Shown here: positions 36,531 through 47,599 of the stretch, piece by piece
Layout of the letters: every line of letters begins with the position of its first letter
Position numbering within the stretch: position 1 is the stretch's first letter
NCBI GenBank assembly: GCA_937973635.1
Contig: CALJJZ010000002.1
Location: 7,550-71,549 of the forward strand
Source: an uncultured Bacillota bacterium
GTDB taxonomy: Bacteria; Bacillota; Dethiobacteria; DTU022; UBA8154
Reading direction: 5' to 3'
DNA: 64,000 nucleotides
The notes under the pieces: generated by a model
Databases searched by the model: none
Told to the model about the DNA's origin: nothing
What the model saw: the letters and a program-made list of their open reading frames with translations, nothing else
Position numbers and translations under genes: made by a program

Positions 36531-37952
36531 TTATTTGCCGATACAAAAATTACGGAAGATCTCCTCCAGAAGATCAGCGGGAATTTCTTTACCCAGAAGG
36601 TTTTGTAATTTACTGTAGGCGTTTTCCAGGTCCACAGCCACAAGGTCCAGGGGCAGTCCGGCAGCAAGGGCCTCCAGCGCATCTTCCAGGCTGCCCACTA
36701 TCTCCTCCAGCAGTCCGGCCTGCCGCGCTGAGAGCACAAGGGCACTCTCCCCGCCCCCCACTTCGCCGGCGTTAACGATCTTTACAATTTCTTCCTCCAG
36801 GGTCTCCATCCCTTCCCCCGTAACCACCGATATTTTGATCAATTTATTTCCCGGAAATAATTTTTTCACCTCGGCAGGGGCGACCTTGTCCCCCAGATCG
36901 AGCTTATTGCCAAGGATAAGCACCTTTTGCCTGCTCACCTCCGGGAGGCTACTGTAAATCCAGAGGTCCTCCCTATCGATACCGCTGGAAAGGTCAAGCA
37001 TAAAAAGGATCAGATCTGCATCAGCAATGGCCCGCCGGGCATAATCCATACCAATTTTTTCCACAGCATCACCCCCGGCGCGCAGGCCTGCCGTATCCAT
37101 CAGGCACAGGGGTATGCCCTTTAAGTTAACATAATCGGTGAGCAGATCCCGGGTTGTCCCCGGCACAGGCGTGACAATGGCCCGGTCTTCATTTAAGAGG
37201 TAATTATATAACGACGACTTACCCACATTTGGTTTTCCGGCAATAACTGTCTTTAGCCCCTCCTGCAGGATACGTCCCTGTGCACTGCGCCGCTGCAGCA
37301 AGACGGCCTGATCCTTAATTTTTTCTACCCTTTTCCAGATCTCCTGGTAATCTTCTCCCGCCACATCCTCCAGGGGAAAATCAGCTTGGGCCTCAATGAG
37401 GGCGCGCAGCCGGAAAATTTCTCCGGCCATCTTCTCCATCTCCCGGGAAAGGGACCCTTTTAGCCCCTGTAGAGAGGAGTACAGCCCCCTTTCCGACCTG
37501 GCGTTGACCAAGGAAAGGACGCTTTCAGCCTGTACCAGATCAATGCGCCCGTGTATAAAAGCCCGCTTGGTAAACTCTCCCGCTTCTGCCAGACGCGCCC
37601 CCAGCTGCAGCAAGAGTTTAAGGATTTTGGCCAGGGGGACAGGACCCCCGTGGGCGTTAATCTCCACTACGTCTTCCCGCGTATAAGTATGGGGGGCCGG
37701 CATAAAGCTGACCAGGACTTCGTCTATCTCCTTTCCTTCCAGATCCACAATATAACCGTAATAAAGGCGCCGCGGCTGCAAATCTTCGTCTTTCTGCAAA
37801 CCCCGGGAAGGCTTTGTTTTTTTCCCGCCCCGCACAAAAACACGGCGCGCCAGCTCAAAAGATCTGCTGCCGCTTAAGCGGATAATGCCAATACCTCCCT
37901 GCCCCGGCGGCGTGGAGACAGCTACAATCGTATCGTGCTCAGGCAACGACAT
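36531..37952 (-). CDS. mnmE: tRNA modification GTPase MnmE
   Basis: DTIVAVSTPPG, GKPNVGKSS, PGTTRD, DTAG, NKLD and FCIGK C-terminus. Confidence 0.96.
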   Translation of the reverse strand: MSLPEHDTIVAVSTPPGQGGIGIIRLSGSRSFELARRVFVRGGKKTKPSRGLQKDEDLQPRRLYYGYIVDLEGKEIDEVLVSFMPAPHTYTREDVVEINAHGGPVPLAKILKLLLQLGARLAEAGEFTKRAFIHGRIDLVQAESVLSLVNARSERGLYSSLQGLKGSLSREMEKMAGEIFRLRALIEAQADFPLEDVAGEDYQEIWKRVEKIKDQAVLLQRRSAQGRILQEGLKTVIAGKPNVGKSSLYNYLLNEDRAIVTPVPGTTRDLLTDYVNLKGIPLCLMDTAGLRAGGDAVEKIGMDYARRAIADADLILFMLDLSSGIDREDLWIYSSLPEVSRQKVLILGNKLDLGDKVAPAEVKKLFPGNKLIKISVVTGEGMETLEEEIVKIVNAGEVGGGESALVLSARQAGLLEEIVGSLEDALEALAAGLPLDLVAVDLENAYSKLQNLLGKEIPADLLEEIFRNFCIGK

Positions 37953-37955
37953 CTC

Positions 37956-38015
37956 TAAAATACTCCCGTCATAAATACTCCCAGAATAAATTTAAACTGC
38001 ATAAATTTAAGCTGC
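37956..38015. repeat. Four 15-bp tandem units upstream of mnmE
   Basis: TAAAATACTCCCGTC / ATAAATACTCCCAGA / ATAAATTTAAACTGC / ATAAATTTAAGCTGC. Confidence 0.8.
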
Positions 38016-38040
38016 GGCCACCTTTGCCCTTTGCCGCTAC

Positions 38041-38080
38041 AAAAAAACCGCACCCGCTCCCTTCAGGAACGATGCGGCTT
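38041..38080 (-). terminator. Intrinsic terminator after jag
   Basis: Imperfect GC hairpin CCGCA...TGCGG followed by T7 on the minus strand. Confidence 0.6.
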
Positions 38081-38095
38081 TCTCCTGCTGCCACC

Positions 38096-38722
38096 TTAAT
38101 TTTGACGCGGCACAATGACGACTTTGCGATACGGCTCTTCACCTTTGCTGTATGTATCCACGTCTTTATTGTTTTTAAGCGCCAGATGGATAATCCGCCG
38201 CTCCTGGGGGCTCATGGGTTCCAGGACAACTTCTTTGTTTGTGCGTCTGGCCTTGCTGGCCATATTAGCAGCTAGCTGCTCCAGGCTCTTTTCCCGGCGC
38301 ACTCTGTAATGCTCCACGTCCAGCAATACCCGCCTTTTTTGATCATAAAAATTCCTGCTCAGGATGACGTTGCACAGGTACTGCAGGGCGTTTAAGGTGT
38401 TACCCCTTTTTCCGATTAAAATACCTAAATTCCTTCCATAAATCTCCGCATATAAGAGCCCCTCCGCCTCTTTAACGGCAACTTCTCCTTCCAGGCCCAT
38501 CAACTGCAGTATTTCTTCCAGAAAACTTTTTAGCAGTACCGCCGGCTCCTTGAGGACAGTCAGCCTTACCCTGGCCGGCTTCTGGGAAATTATTTTAAAA
38601 AGCCCCGCTGACGCTTCACTCAGGACCTCAACCTTAACATTATTCTTCCTTACGCCCAGCTGCCCTATACCCTCCTGCAGGGCTTCCTCCACGCTTTTCG
38701 CTGTAATCTCTATGGACCTCAT
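38096..38722 (-). CDS. jag: RNA-binding protein Jag/EloR (KhpB)
   Basis: Jag_N, KH (LIGKRGNTLNALQYL) and R3H (ERRIIH) domains. Confidence 0.92.
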   Translation of the reverse strand: MRSIEITAKSVEEALQEGIGQLGVRKNNVKVEVLSEASAGLFKIISQKPARVRLTVLKEPAVLLKSFLEEILQLMGLEGEVAVKEAEGLLYAEIYGRNLGILIGKRGNTLNALQYLCNVILSRNFYDQKRRVLLDVEHYRVRREKSLEQLAANMASKARRTNKEVVLEPMSPQERRIIHLALKNNKDVDTYSKGEEPYRKVVIVPRQN

Positions 38723-39606
38723 CTGCCCTTAAACGCCCCTTTCTTTTTTCCCTTTGGCTTTTTATGCTTTTTTCTGTGAGCACCTTGGAGCGCGTTTATG
38801 TCTCTGACGGCAGTTTTTTTAGTTCCCGGCGTTTTCTGTACAGCTTTCGTTTTTTTGTTTGTCGCCTGTTTGCTTTTTTCACTTTCCTTTTCTTCCCCGA
38901 GATCCTGCTCGCCCTTTTTTGCTTCTTTACCTTCCCCGGCCTCCGCTTTTGTCCCTCTGTCCTTTTCCAGCTCTTTGATCAGAAAATGGTTACCCACGGA
39001 AAAAATAGAATTGGTCGTCCAGTAAAGGACCAGGCCCGCCGGAAAACTTACGCTGATAATCAAAATCATCACCGGAAACACATAAAGCATGACCTTCTGT
39101 TTAGGATCGGTAAGCAGCAAGCGCTGATGCAAAAAGGTGGCGGCGGCAGAAACAAGGGGCAGAATATAATAGGGGTTGATAAAAGCAAACATACCGGCAG
39201 CTTCCGTTGCTGAGAGCTGCAGATCCAGGCCCAGAAAAAAGGTGTCCTCAATCAGGGCCGTCCCTTCGCGCAGCAATTGGAAGACGGCAATGATAATCGG
39301 CAGCTGCACAAGGAGGGGCAAACAGCCGCCCAGGGGGTTGATCTTGTGCTCCCGCATATATTCCATCGTGGCCATGTTGTATTTTTCTTTGTCGTGCTTG
39401 TATTTTTCCTGCAGCTTTTTCAGTTCCGGCTGCAACTGCTGCAGCCTTTTGGAGGCGCTGATCTGTTTTCTGGTCAGCGGGAAGGTGATGATATTTACCA
39501 GGAGAGAGAGGAGAATAATAGCCAGACCGTAATTTCCCGTTTTTTCAAAGAAAAAAACGAGTATCTTGCCGATATAATCCACCAGAGGCCCCAAAATTTG
39601 CTCCAT
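38719..39606 (-). CDS. yidC: Membrane protein insertase YidC/SpoIIIJ with Lys-rich tail
   Basis: NYGLAII, INPLGGCLPLLVQLPI and LVLYW. Confidence 0.92.
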   Translation of the reverse strand: MEQILGPLVDYIGKILVFFFEKTGNYGLAIILLSLLVNIITFPLTRKQISASKRLQQLQPELKKLQEKYKHDKEKYNMATMEYMREHKINPLGGCLPLLVQLPIIIAVFQLLREGTALIEDTFFLGLDLQLSATEAAGMFAFINPYYILPLVSAAATFLHQRLLLTDPKQKVMLYVFPVMILIISVSFPAGLVLYWTTNSIFSVGNHFLIKELEKDRGTKAEAGEGKEAKKGEQDLGEEKESEKSKQATNKKTKAVQKTPGTKKTAVRDINALQGAHRKKHKKPKGKKKGAFKGR

Positions 39607-39641
39607 GCAGATCCTCCTTCGCTGACGCTGCTCACTATCAT

Positions 39642-39857
39642 TTACTGCCGGGGAACGGGGTCATAGCCCCCCGGATGAAAAGGATGGCACCTGCCTATCC
39701 TTTTAAGGGTAAGGAAAATACCCTTTAAAACGCCGAAAGTTTGCACCGCTTCAGCACAATAAGCCGAACACGTAGGGTAAAAACGGCACCTGGCCGGTAG
39801 CAGGGGCGATATTGCCCGGCGGTAAAATTTAACCATCCCTAAAATTAGACCCTTCAT
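39642..39857 (-). CDS. yidD: Membrane protein insertion efficiency factor YidD
   Basis: [10 protein letters not shown]...[14 protein letters not shown]. Confidence 0.92.
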   Translation of the reverse strand: MKGLILGMVKFYRRAISPLLPARCRFYPTCSAYCAEAVQTFGVLKGIFLTLKRIGRCHPFHPGGYDPVPRQ

Positions 39858-40189
39858 TCCATTATTTTACCCCTTTTAAACAATCTAGCCAACTCCGCCA
39901 GCATATCGCCAAACTTTACAGCAGCTGCACCCCGGCGCACCACAACAACGATATCATACCCATTTTGCATTTTATCTTTTAAACGGGTAAAGGCTTCTTT
40001 AATTATTCTTTTTAACCTGTGTCTGACAACGCTTTTGCCAACCTTTTTGCTGATGGAGACACCCAGCCTGTTGTGGCCGTATTCGTTCTTACGGTAGAAA
40101 ATGACAATATTGCCGGCAGCCCGCGCTTTACCCTCCTGATATACCCTTTTAAATTCGTAATTTTTTCTCAGCCTTTCTTCTCGTTTCAT
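39854..40189 (-). CDS. rnpA: Ribonuclease P protein component
   Basis: [29 protein letters not shown] (RNR motif). Confidence 0.92.
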   Translation of the reverse strand: MKREERLRKNYEFKRVYQEGKARAAGNIVIFYRKNEYGHNRLGVSISKKVGKSVVRHRLKRIIKEAFTRLKDKMQNGYDIVVVVRRGAAAVKFGDMLAELARLFKRGKIME

Positions 40190-40221
40190 CAACGGGCAGA
40201 CCTGTTCTTTTTATTTTTTTT

Positions 40222-40356
40222 TCAAGCGGTGAGCCTGCGGCGCATCTTTCTTCTCCTTCTTTTGAGGACCAGTTTACCTCCCGGCGTGCTCATCCTCTTT
40301 CTAAAACCATGCACCCTTTTTCTTTTTATTTTTTTGGGCTGGTACGTACGCTTCAC
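40222..40356 (-). CDS. rpmH: 50S ribosomal protein L34 (not in ORF track)
   Basis: Translated by hand from GTG: [44 protein letters not shown], 44 aa. Confidence 0.97.
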   Translation of the reverse strand: MKRTYQPKKIKRKRVHGFRKRMSTPGGKLVLKRRRRKMRRRLTA

Positions 40357-40411
40357 CTTAATCCCTCTTTCTGTGAAATCTTAATCATCTTGCATTAAAA
40401 CCATGAAATTA

Positions 40412-40441
40412 ATTATAACTTATGGCTTAAAATGGTGTCAA
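40412..40441 (-). promoter_or_regulatory. Sigma-A promoter for rpmH
   Basis: TTGACA-N18-TATAAT. Confidence 0.75.
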
Positions 40442-40461
40442 TTAAATCCCCTGACTATTTT

Positions 40462-40658
40462 TTATGCACAGGAAAAGTAAACAAAATTAAAGCATATAAA
40501 GGCCAATTCTCGGTAAAGGCGGTTTTTCCACAACCAGGCGTTGATTGCATAATTAAAATAATTTTGCTATTATATCTTTACAAAAGATGCCTCTGCTAAC
40601 AAAAAAGGGGGCACTTTTCCACATTTATTGTTTATAACTCCTTTCTTTTTGTGGATAT
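40462..40658. promoter_or_regulatory. oriC left part: DnaA boxes upstream of dnaA
   Basis: TTATGCACA (40462), TTTTCCACA (40524, 40615), TGTGGATAT (40650); AT-rich. Confidence 0.8.
40545..40573 (+). promoter_or_regulatory. Sigma-A promoter for dnaA
   Basis: TTGCAT-N17-TATTAT with the TG extension, flanked by DnaA boxes. Confidence 0.7.
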
Positions 40659-40684
40659 CCCTTTTTTTTGGAGGTTGGCATTAA

Positions 40685-42055
40685 ATGAGCGAGTATTTAT
40701 CCAACATCTGGCGTGCTGTCCTCGTAGAAATGGAAAACCACCTCAGTAAGCCCAGCATCGAAACATGGTTAAAAAACACCAGACCCGTATCCCTGCAGGA
40801 AAACACTTTTATCGTGGAAGTCCCTAATGATTTTACAAGAAACTGGTTAAAAAACCATTACTACAGCGAACTCACCAGTTCATTGCAGAAAGTAATTAAT
40901 GCAAATTGCGACATACATTTTGTGGTCAAACAGGATGCGCTTTTCAACCGGCAGGCCGATAACAGGCCGAGCCAGGAGGTAAACAGGGAAGAGGACTATA
41001 AAAATACCCGCAAGGACTTTTCCAGCGTCTGTAAATGGCTCAACCCCAAATACACCTTCGATAGCTTTGTCATCGGCAGCAACAACCGCTTTGCCCAGGC
41101 CGCATGCCTGGCTGTAGCGGAAACGCCCTCCCACGCCTACAACCCCCTTTTTATTTACGGCGGTGTCGGCCTGGGCAAGACACACCTGCTCCATGCCATC
41201 GGGCACTATGTCTTCTCCCATAATATCAGTCAGAATGTGGTTTATCTCTCTTCAGAAAAATTTACCAACCAGTTTATCAACGCCATCCGCGACAACAAAA
41301 CAGTGGATTTTCGTAACAAATACCGCAATATAGACGTCTTATTAATCGACGATATCCAGTTTCTGGCCGGCAAGGAACAAACCCAAGAGGAATTTTTTCA
41401 CACCTTTAATGCCCTGCACGAAAACAACAAACAAATTGTTATCTCCAGCGACAGGCCGCCCAAAGAGATCATCAAACTGGAAGACCGGCTCCGTTCACGT
41501 TTTGAATGGGGCCTCATTACAGACATACAGCCGCCGGATCTGGAGACGCGCATCGCCATTCTGCGCAAAAAAAGCCAAAACGAAGGTATTTACATACCTG
41601 ACGAGATCCTTACCTTTATCGCCCAAAAAATTGAAACAAACATAAGGGAACTTGAAGGGGCCCTGGTGCGCATTATCGCTTACGCTTCCCTGGAGGACAG
41701 GCAGATCAGCCTGGAATTTGCCACAGAGGCGTTAAAGGACCTCCTCAGTAAAAACAAAAAAAACAATATTACCAATGAGCATATTATCAACGCCACCGCT
41801 TCATACTTTAAAATCTCCCCGCAGGATCTCAAATCAAGGCGCAGGCCGCAAAATATCGCCCTGCCCCGCCAGATTGCCATGTATCTCTGCCGTGAGATCA
41901 CCGATTGCTCCCTGTTAAAAATCGGGGAAGATTTCGGCGGCAAGGACCATTCCACAGTTATCCACGCACACCGCAAAATCTCCAGCGACCTTGCGCAAAA
42001 CGAAGAACTGTCGCAAACGGTCAAAGAAATTAAAAATTTGATCTACAGTATTTAG
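40685..42055 (+). CDS. dnaA: Chromosomal replication initiator DnaA
   Basis: LNPKYTFDSFV, YGGVGLGKTHL, LLIDDIQF and domain IV FGGKDHSTV. Confidence 0.98.
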   Translation: MSEYLSNIWRAVLVEMENHLSKPSIETWLKNTRPVSLQENTFIVEVPNDFTRNWLKNHYYSELTSSLQKVINANCDIHFVVKQDALFNRQADNRPSQEVNREEDYKNTRKDFSSVCKWLNPKYTFDSFVIGSNNRFAQAACLAVAETPSHAYNPLFIYGGVGLGKTHLLHAIGHYVFSHNISQNVVYLSSEKFTNQFINAIRDNKTVDFRNKYRNIDVLLIDDIQFLAGKEQTQEEFFHTFNALHENNKQIVISSDRPPKEIIKLEDRLRSRFEWGLITDIQPPDLETRIAILRKKSQNEGIYIPDEILTFIAQKIETNIRELEGALVRIIAYASLEDRQISLEFATEALKDLLSKNKKNNITNEHIINATASYFKISPQDLKSRRRPQNIALPRQIAMYLCREITDCSLLKIGEDFGGKDHSTVIHAHRKISSDLAQNEELSQTVKEIKNLIYSI

Positions 42056-42321
42056 CCCTTGACCTATCACCACCGATTTATCAACACCATTTGTGAAATT
42101 GGAGCGGATAACAGAGCCTTTAGTGTGGAAAAATTACTCTCGCCGCCGCCCTTTAACCTGTAAACCGTTTTTATCGACACCTTACCCACAGGAAAAACCA
42201 CCGGCCCTGTTTATACAGGCGGCGCTAAAAAACAAGTTTTGTCATCATTTTTCACATATTAACAGGGTTTAAAAATACTGCCTTTTTAAAATAAAGATAA
42301 AGATTATTTTAATAATATGGG
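42056..42321. promoter_or_regulatory. oriC right part: DnaA boxes and AT-rich unwinding element between dnaA and dnaN
   Basis: TTATCAACA (42078), TGTGGAAAA (42124), TTATCGACA (42171), TTACCCACA (42182), TTTTTCACA (42248), then an AT-rich tract; gene orientation flips here. Confidence 0.8.
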
Positions 42322-43485
42322 GTGAATAATTTGCTTATCCATTGTCACCAGGATACCCTTTTAAGGTGCCTTCAAGTTGTGGAAAAGGCCATACCTTCCC
42401 GAACCACCATGCCTATCCTTAAAGGAGTACTGCTACACGCGGAAAATGGTGCCCTGCAGCTGGTCTCCCATAACCTGGAGTTATCTGTGCAGGCCCGCTA
42501 TGACCAGGCAGAGATTGAAGCAGAGGGGAAAATTGTTTTACCGGAAAAAATTGTGGAGATTATACGCCAGTTTGAAAGCGGTACCACGGTGACAATAAAA
42601 GTCCAGGAAGACGGGCTGCGCGCTGAGATAACCAGCGGCAGCGCTGTTTTTGTTTTATACGGCATGGATGCCGCGGAGTATCCCCGTTATACCGTGGCCG
42701 AGGAATGGAGCGCATGGGAAAAAATCGAGTTTTCTGCCGCCGCTTTTAAAGAGCTGTTTAAAAAAATCATTATTGCCGTCTCCCATGATGAGGCCAGACC
42801 TCTTTTCAGGGCCGTCCATCTGCGTCTGGAAAAGAGCGGAAAGCTGACCGCCGTGGCTACAGACACGTATCGCCTGGCCAGGGTGCAGCAGTTTTACAGG
42901 GAGGAAAGGAGGGCTAAAGATCTGGATTTTCTGGTGCCCGGACGCACCCTCGCGGAAATTTTAAAGGTTGTGGAGGAAAACCCGGAGGAAAAAGTCGTCT
43001 GTTATTTTCAAGAAAACGAAATTATTTTTTGTTACCGCGAGTTTAGCTTTACCAGCCGTTTGTTGGAAGGCAAGTATCCTGATGTAAGCGGCGTATTTCC
43101 GGCGGAGTTCAAAACCGCAATCAAGGTTAACAAAGAAAAACTGGAAAAGCTGTTAAGGCGGGCTATACTGCTGGCCTCCGGGCAGAACCATGTGATCATC
43201 CTGAATATATATGGGGATATTTTACATGTAAGTGCCGGCAGTGAAAGCGGCAAAATGGATGAGGAGCTGGTGCTCGAGGAGAAAGAAGGGGAGGATCTGG
43301 AGGAGATACTGCTCAATGCCCGCTACTTTATGGAACCTCTCCCCGTTATTGACGACGAAATATTACATATCTACTTCCACGGCCCCTTGGGCCCATGTAT
43401 TTTTTCCCATGATATGGTCAAAGTTGAAGGCAAAGAAACCTATGCCTATCTGGTCTTGCCCATCAAGACGGATAGAAGAGCCTAA
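42322..43485 (+). CDS. dnaN: DNA polymerase III beta sliding clamp
   Basis: RTTMPILKG, AVATDTYRLA, SRLLEGKYPD, LNARY and LVLPIK. Confidence 0.92.
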   Translation: MNNLLIHCHQDTLLRCLQVVEKAIPSRTTMPILKGVLLHAENGALQLVSHNLELSVQARYDQAEIEAEGKIVLPEKIVEIIRQFESGTTVTIKVQEDGLRAEITSGSAVFVLYGMDAAEYPRYTVAEEWSAWEKIEFSAAAFKELFKKIIIAVSHDEARPLFRAVHLRLEKSGKLTAVATDTYRLARVQQFYREERRAKDLDFLVPGRTLAEILKVVEENPEEKVVCYFQENEIIFCYREFSFTSRLLEGKYPDVSGVFPAEFKTAIKVNKEKLEKLLRRAILLASGQNHVIILNIYGDILHVSAGSESGKMDEELVLEEKEGEDLEEILLNARYFMEPLPVIDDEILHIYFHGPLGPCIFSHDMVKVEGKETYAYLVLPIKTDRRA

Positions 43486-43520
43486 AGCTTGTTTCCTCAA
43501 GGGAAAGGAGTTTTATCTCT

Positions 43521-44666
43521 TTGTTGCTCCGGGAAATTCGCCTGCAGAACTTTCGCAATTATGAAAAGGCCGAGCTTTGCTTTAAACCGGGCCTGACTTT
43601 AATCCGGGGGGCTAACGGGCAGGGCAAGAGCAATTTACTGGAGGCTATATACTCTCTCTGTTTTGCCGGCTCATTCCGGCAGGTGCGGGACGAAGAGATG
43701 GTCCGCTTCGGCAGTTCTTTTTATTATCTTTGCGGCAACCTCCTCAGTAATGAGCTCTCCTATCAGATGGAGGTGGGCTATGCTGCTCTCCAGAAAAGGA
43801 AAGTGGTCAAGGTAAACGGTAATATAGAAAAAAGAGGAAAATTTAACCGGGTTTTTCCCGTTGTTTTTTTTGTACCGGAGGACCTGGAAATTGTGCGCCG
43901 CGGCCCGGAAGAGCGCAGGCGCTTCCTTGACCGGGAGCTCTGTCAGCTCAGCTCTGCTTATGCCGCGGACCTGAACGCTTACAGACGGGCCCTTTTACAA
44001 AAAAACCGTCTGCTCCGGGAGCAGCGGCACAGCCCTGCCCTGCGGGAACTTCTGTCTCCCTGGAACAGACAGTTAGTCAAGTATGGCAGCCGGATTATTG
44101 CTTACCGCAACCAGATAATTCAAAGATGGGCCGAAAAAGCAGGGCAGAATTACAGGGTCCTTTTCCGCTACGGACATAAGCTGGAGATTATTTACCACTG
44201 CAGCCTGGCTTACGGCAGGTTGGGCGGAGAACCGGCCGCCGATGCCGCGCAGCTGGCCGAGCTTATGTCCCGGGAGATCAAAGCCAGGGAAAGTGAAGAA
44301 AGGGCCAGAGGGTATGCCCTGGTGGGGCCGCACCGGGATGACCTGTTTTTTTTCCTTGACCGGAGGGAGGCCAGAAAATTTGCTTCCCACGGCCAGCAGC
44401 GCGGCATCGTCATCGCCTTAAAGGCTGCCCAGGTCCAATATTACGGAGAAACCATGGAAAAACCCCTTTTTATGATCGATGATATTTTTTCCGAGCTGGA
44501 CGAAGAACGGCGCCGCCAGTGTTTGCTGCTTTTTGAGGCGGCGGCCCAGGTTTTGATGACCGTAACGGGTGAAAACAAGGAGACGGAGCTTTACCTGCCC
44601 GGGAGAGAAGCAGCTTCTTTGTATATTGTGCAGAGCGGCACAGTCAAGGAGGCGAAATTAAATTGA
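43521..44666 (+). CDS. recF: DNA replication/repair protein RecF
   Basis: NFRNY, GANGQGKSNLLEA, GPHRDDL, ASHGQQR and IDDIFSELD. Confidence 0.93.
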   Translation: MLLREIRLQNFRNYEKAELCFKPGLTLIRGANGQGKSNLLEAIYSLCFAGSFRQVRDEEMVRFGSSFYYLCGNLLSNELSYQMEVGYAALQKRKVVKVNGNIEKRGKFNRVFPVVFFVPEDLEIVRRGPEERRRFLDRELCQLSSAYAADLNAYRRALLQKNRLLREQRHSPALRELLSPWNRQLVKYGSRIIAYRNQIIQRWAEKAGQNYRVLFRYGHKLEIIYHCSLAYGRLGGEPAADAAQLAELMSREIKARESEERARGYALVGPHRDDLFFFLDRREARKFASHGQQRGIVIALKAAQVQYYGETMEKPLFMIDDIFSELDEERRRQCLLLFEAAAQVLMTVTGENKETELYLPGREAASLYIVQSGTVKEAKLN

Positions 44667-45283
44667 TTAAAGCCGGTTCCCTGGTTAAGGATTTTTTTGC
44701 CAGGAGAAACCTGTCTCCGGGATCTTCGGAAAAGGAAGTTTTGGATTATACAGGTATCTGGGAGAGCATTGTGGGCGAAAATATTGGCAGGAATACCCGT
44801 CCCCTTTCCTTAAAAGGCGGGGTTCTTTATGTGGAAGTGGCAGACAGCGTCTGGCTCTATGAACTGACCCTTTTAAAGAGCAAAATTATCGGGGACTTTA
44901 ATGCTGCGGCCGGGGAAAAGGTCCTTTTGGAGATCGTTTTTCGCAACATGGGCATCGCCCTGCAGGGAAAGCAGGAGGGCGGGAGAAGTGCGCCCGGCCC
45001 GGCACCACCCCAGGGCGGGTCCGCACAGGGGAAAAAAGAGCAAAAACTAGCTTTGCGGGCAAAGGAAAAAACAGAGATCGCCAGGCTGACCAGGCACCTT
45101 TCCGAGCCGCTGCGGCCGGGTATGGAGCGCCTGCTCTGCAGCTTTTTTTTATTTGAACTGTGGAAAAAAGAGCAGGGAGCCGGCGTTTGCCCCCGCTGCC
45201 GCGCCAGGTTTTTTGCCGGGGCCGCCGGAGAGCAGCTGTGTCCCTTTTGTACCCGGGAACAGAAAAAGAGGGATTTTATTTAA
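44663..45283 (+). CDS. DUF721 / DciA-like protein with C-terminal Zn ribbon
   Basis: WESIVGENIGRNTRPLSLKGGVLYVEVADSVW core; CPRC...CPFC; recF-gyrB position. Confidence 0.7.
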   Translation: MIKAGSLVKDFFARRNLSPGSSEKEVLDYTGIWESIVGENIGRNTRPLSLKGGVLYVEVADSVWLYELTLLKSKIIGDFNAAAGEKVLLEIVFRNMGIALQGKQEGGRSAPGPAPPQGGSAQGKKEQKLALRAKEKTEIARLTRHLSEPLRPGMERLLCSFFLFELWKKEQGAGVCPRCRARFFAGAAGEQLCPFCTREQKKRDFI

Positions 45284-45307
45284 ATGCTGCTGTCATCTCT
45301 GATCTTA

Positions 45308-45316
45308 TGATATAAT
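45308..45316 (+). promoter_or_regulatory. Extended -10 promoter for remB-gyrB-gyrA
   Basis: TG-A-TATAAT 44 bp upstream of remB. Confidence 0.5.
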
Positions 45317-45360
45317 TTATGCCTGGGAAAACGTTATATAAAGTATAAAGGAGGCAACCC

Positions 45361-47540
<2,180 letters not shown>

Positions 47541-47599
47541 AGCCTAAAAGGTTTTAACGTTTGCTTCTGAAAAACTGTAAGTGAGGTTTTAGCTGAACA

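Noticed and set aside
36844-37451. Extra NBS-like palindromes in mnmE (TTATTTCCCGGAAATAA; ATCTCCCGGGAAAG)
   Set aside because: One is a base short at the centre and the other has two mismatches; both are in coding sequence.
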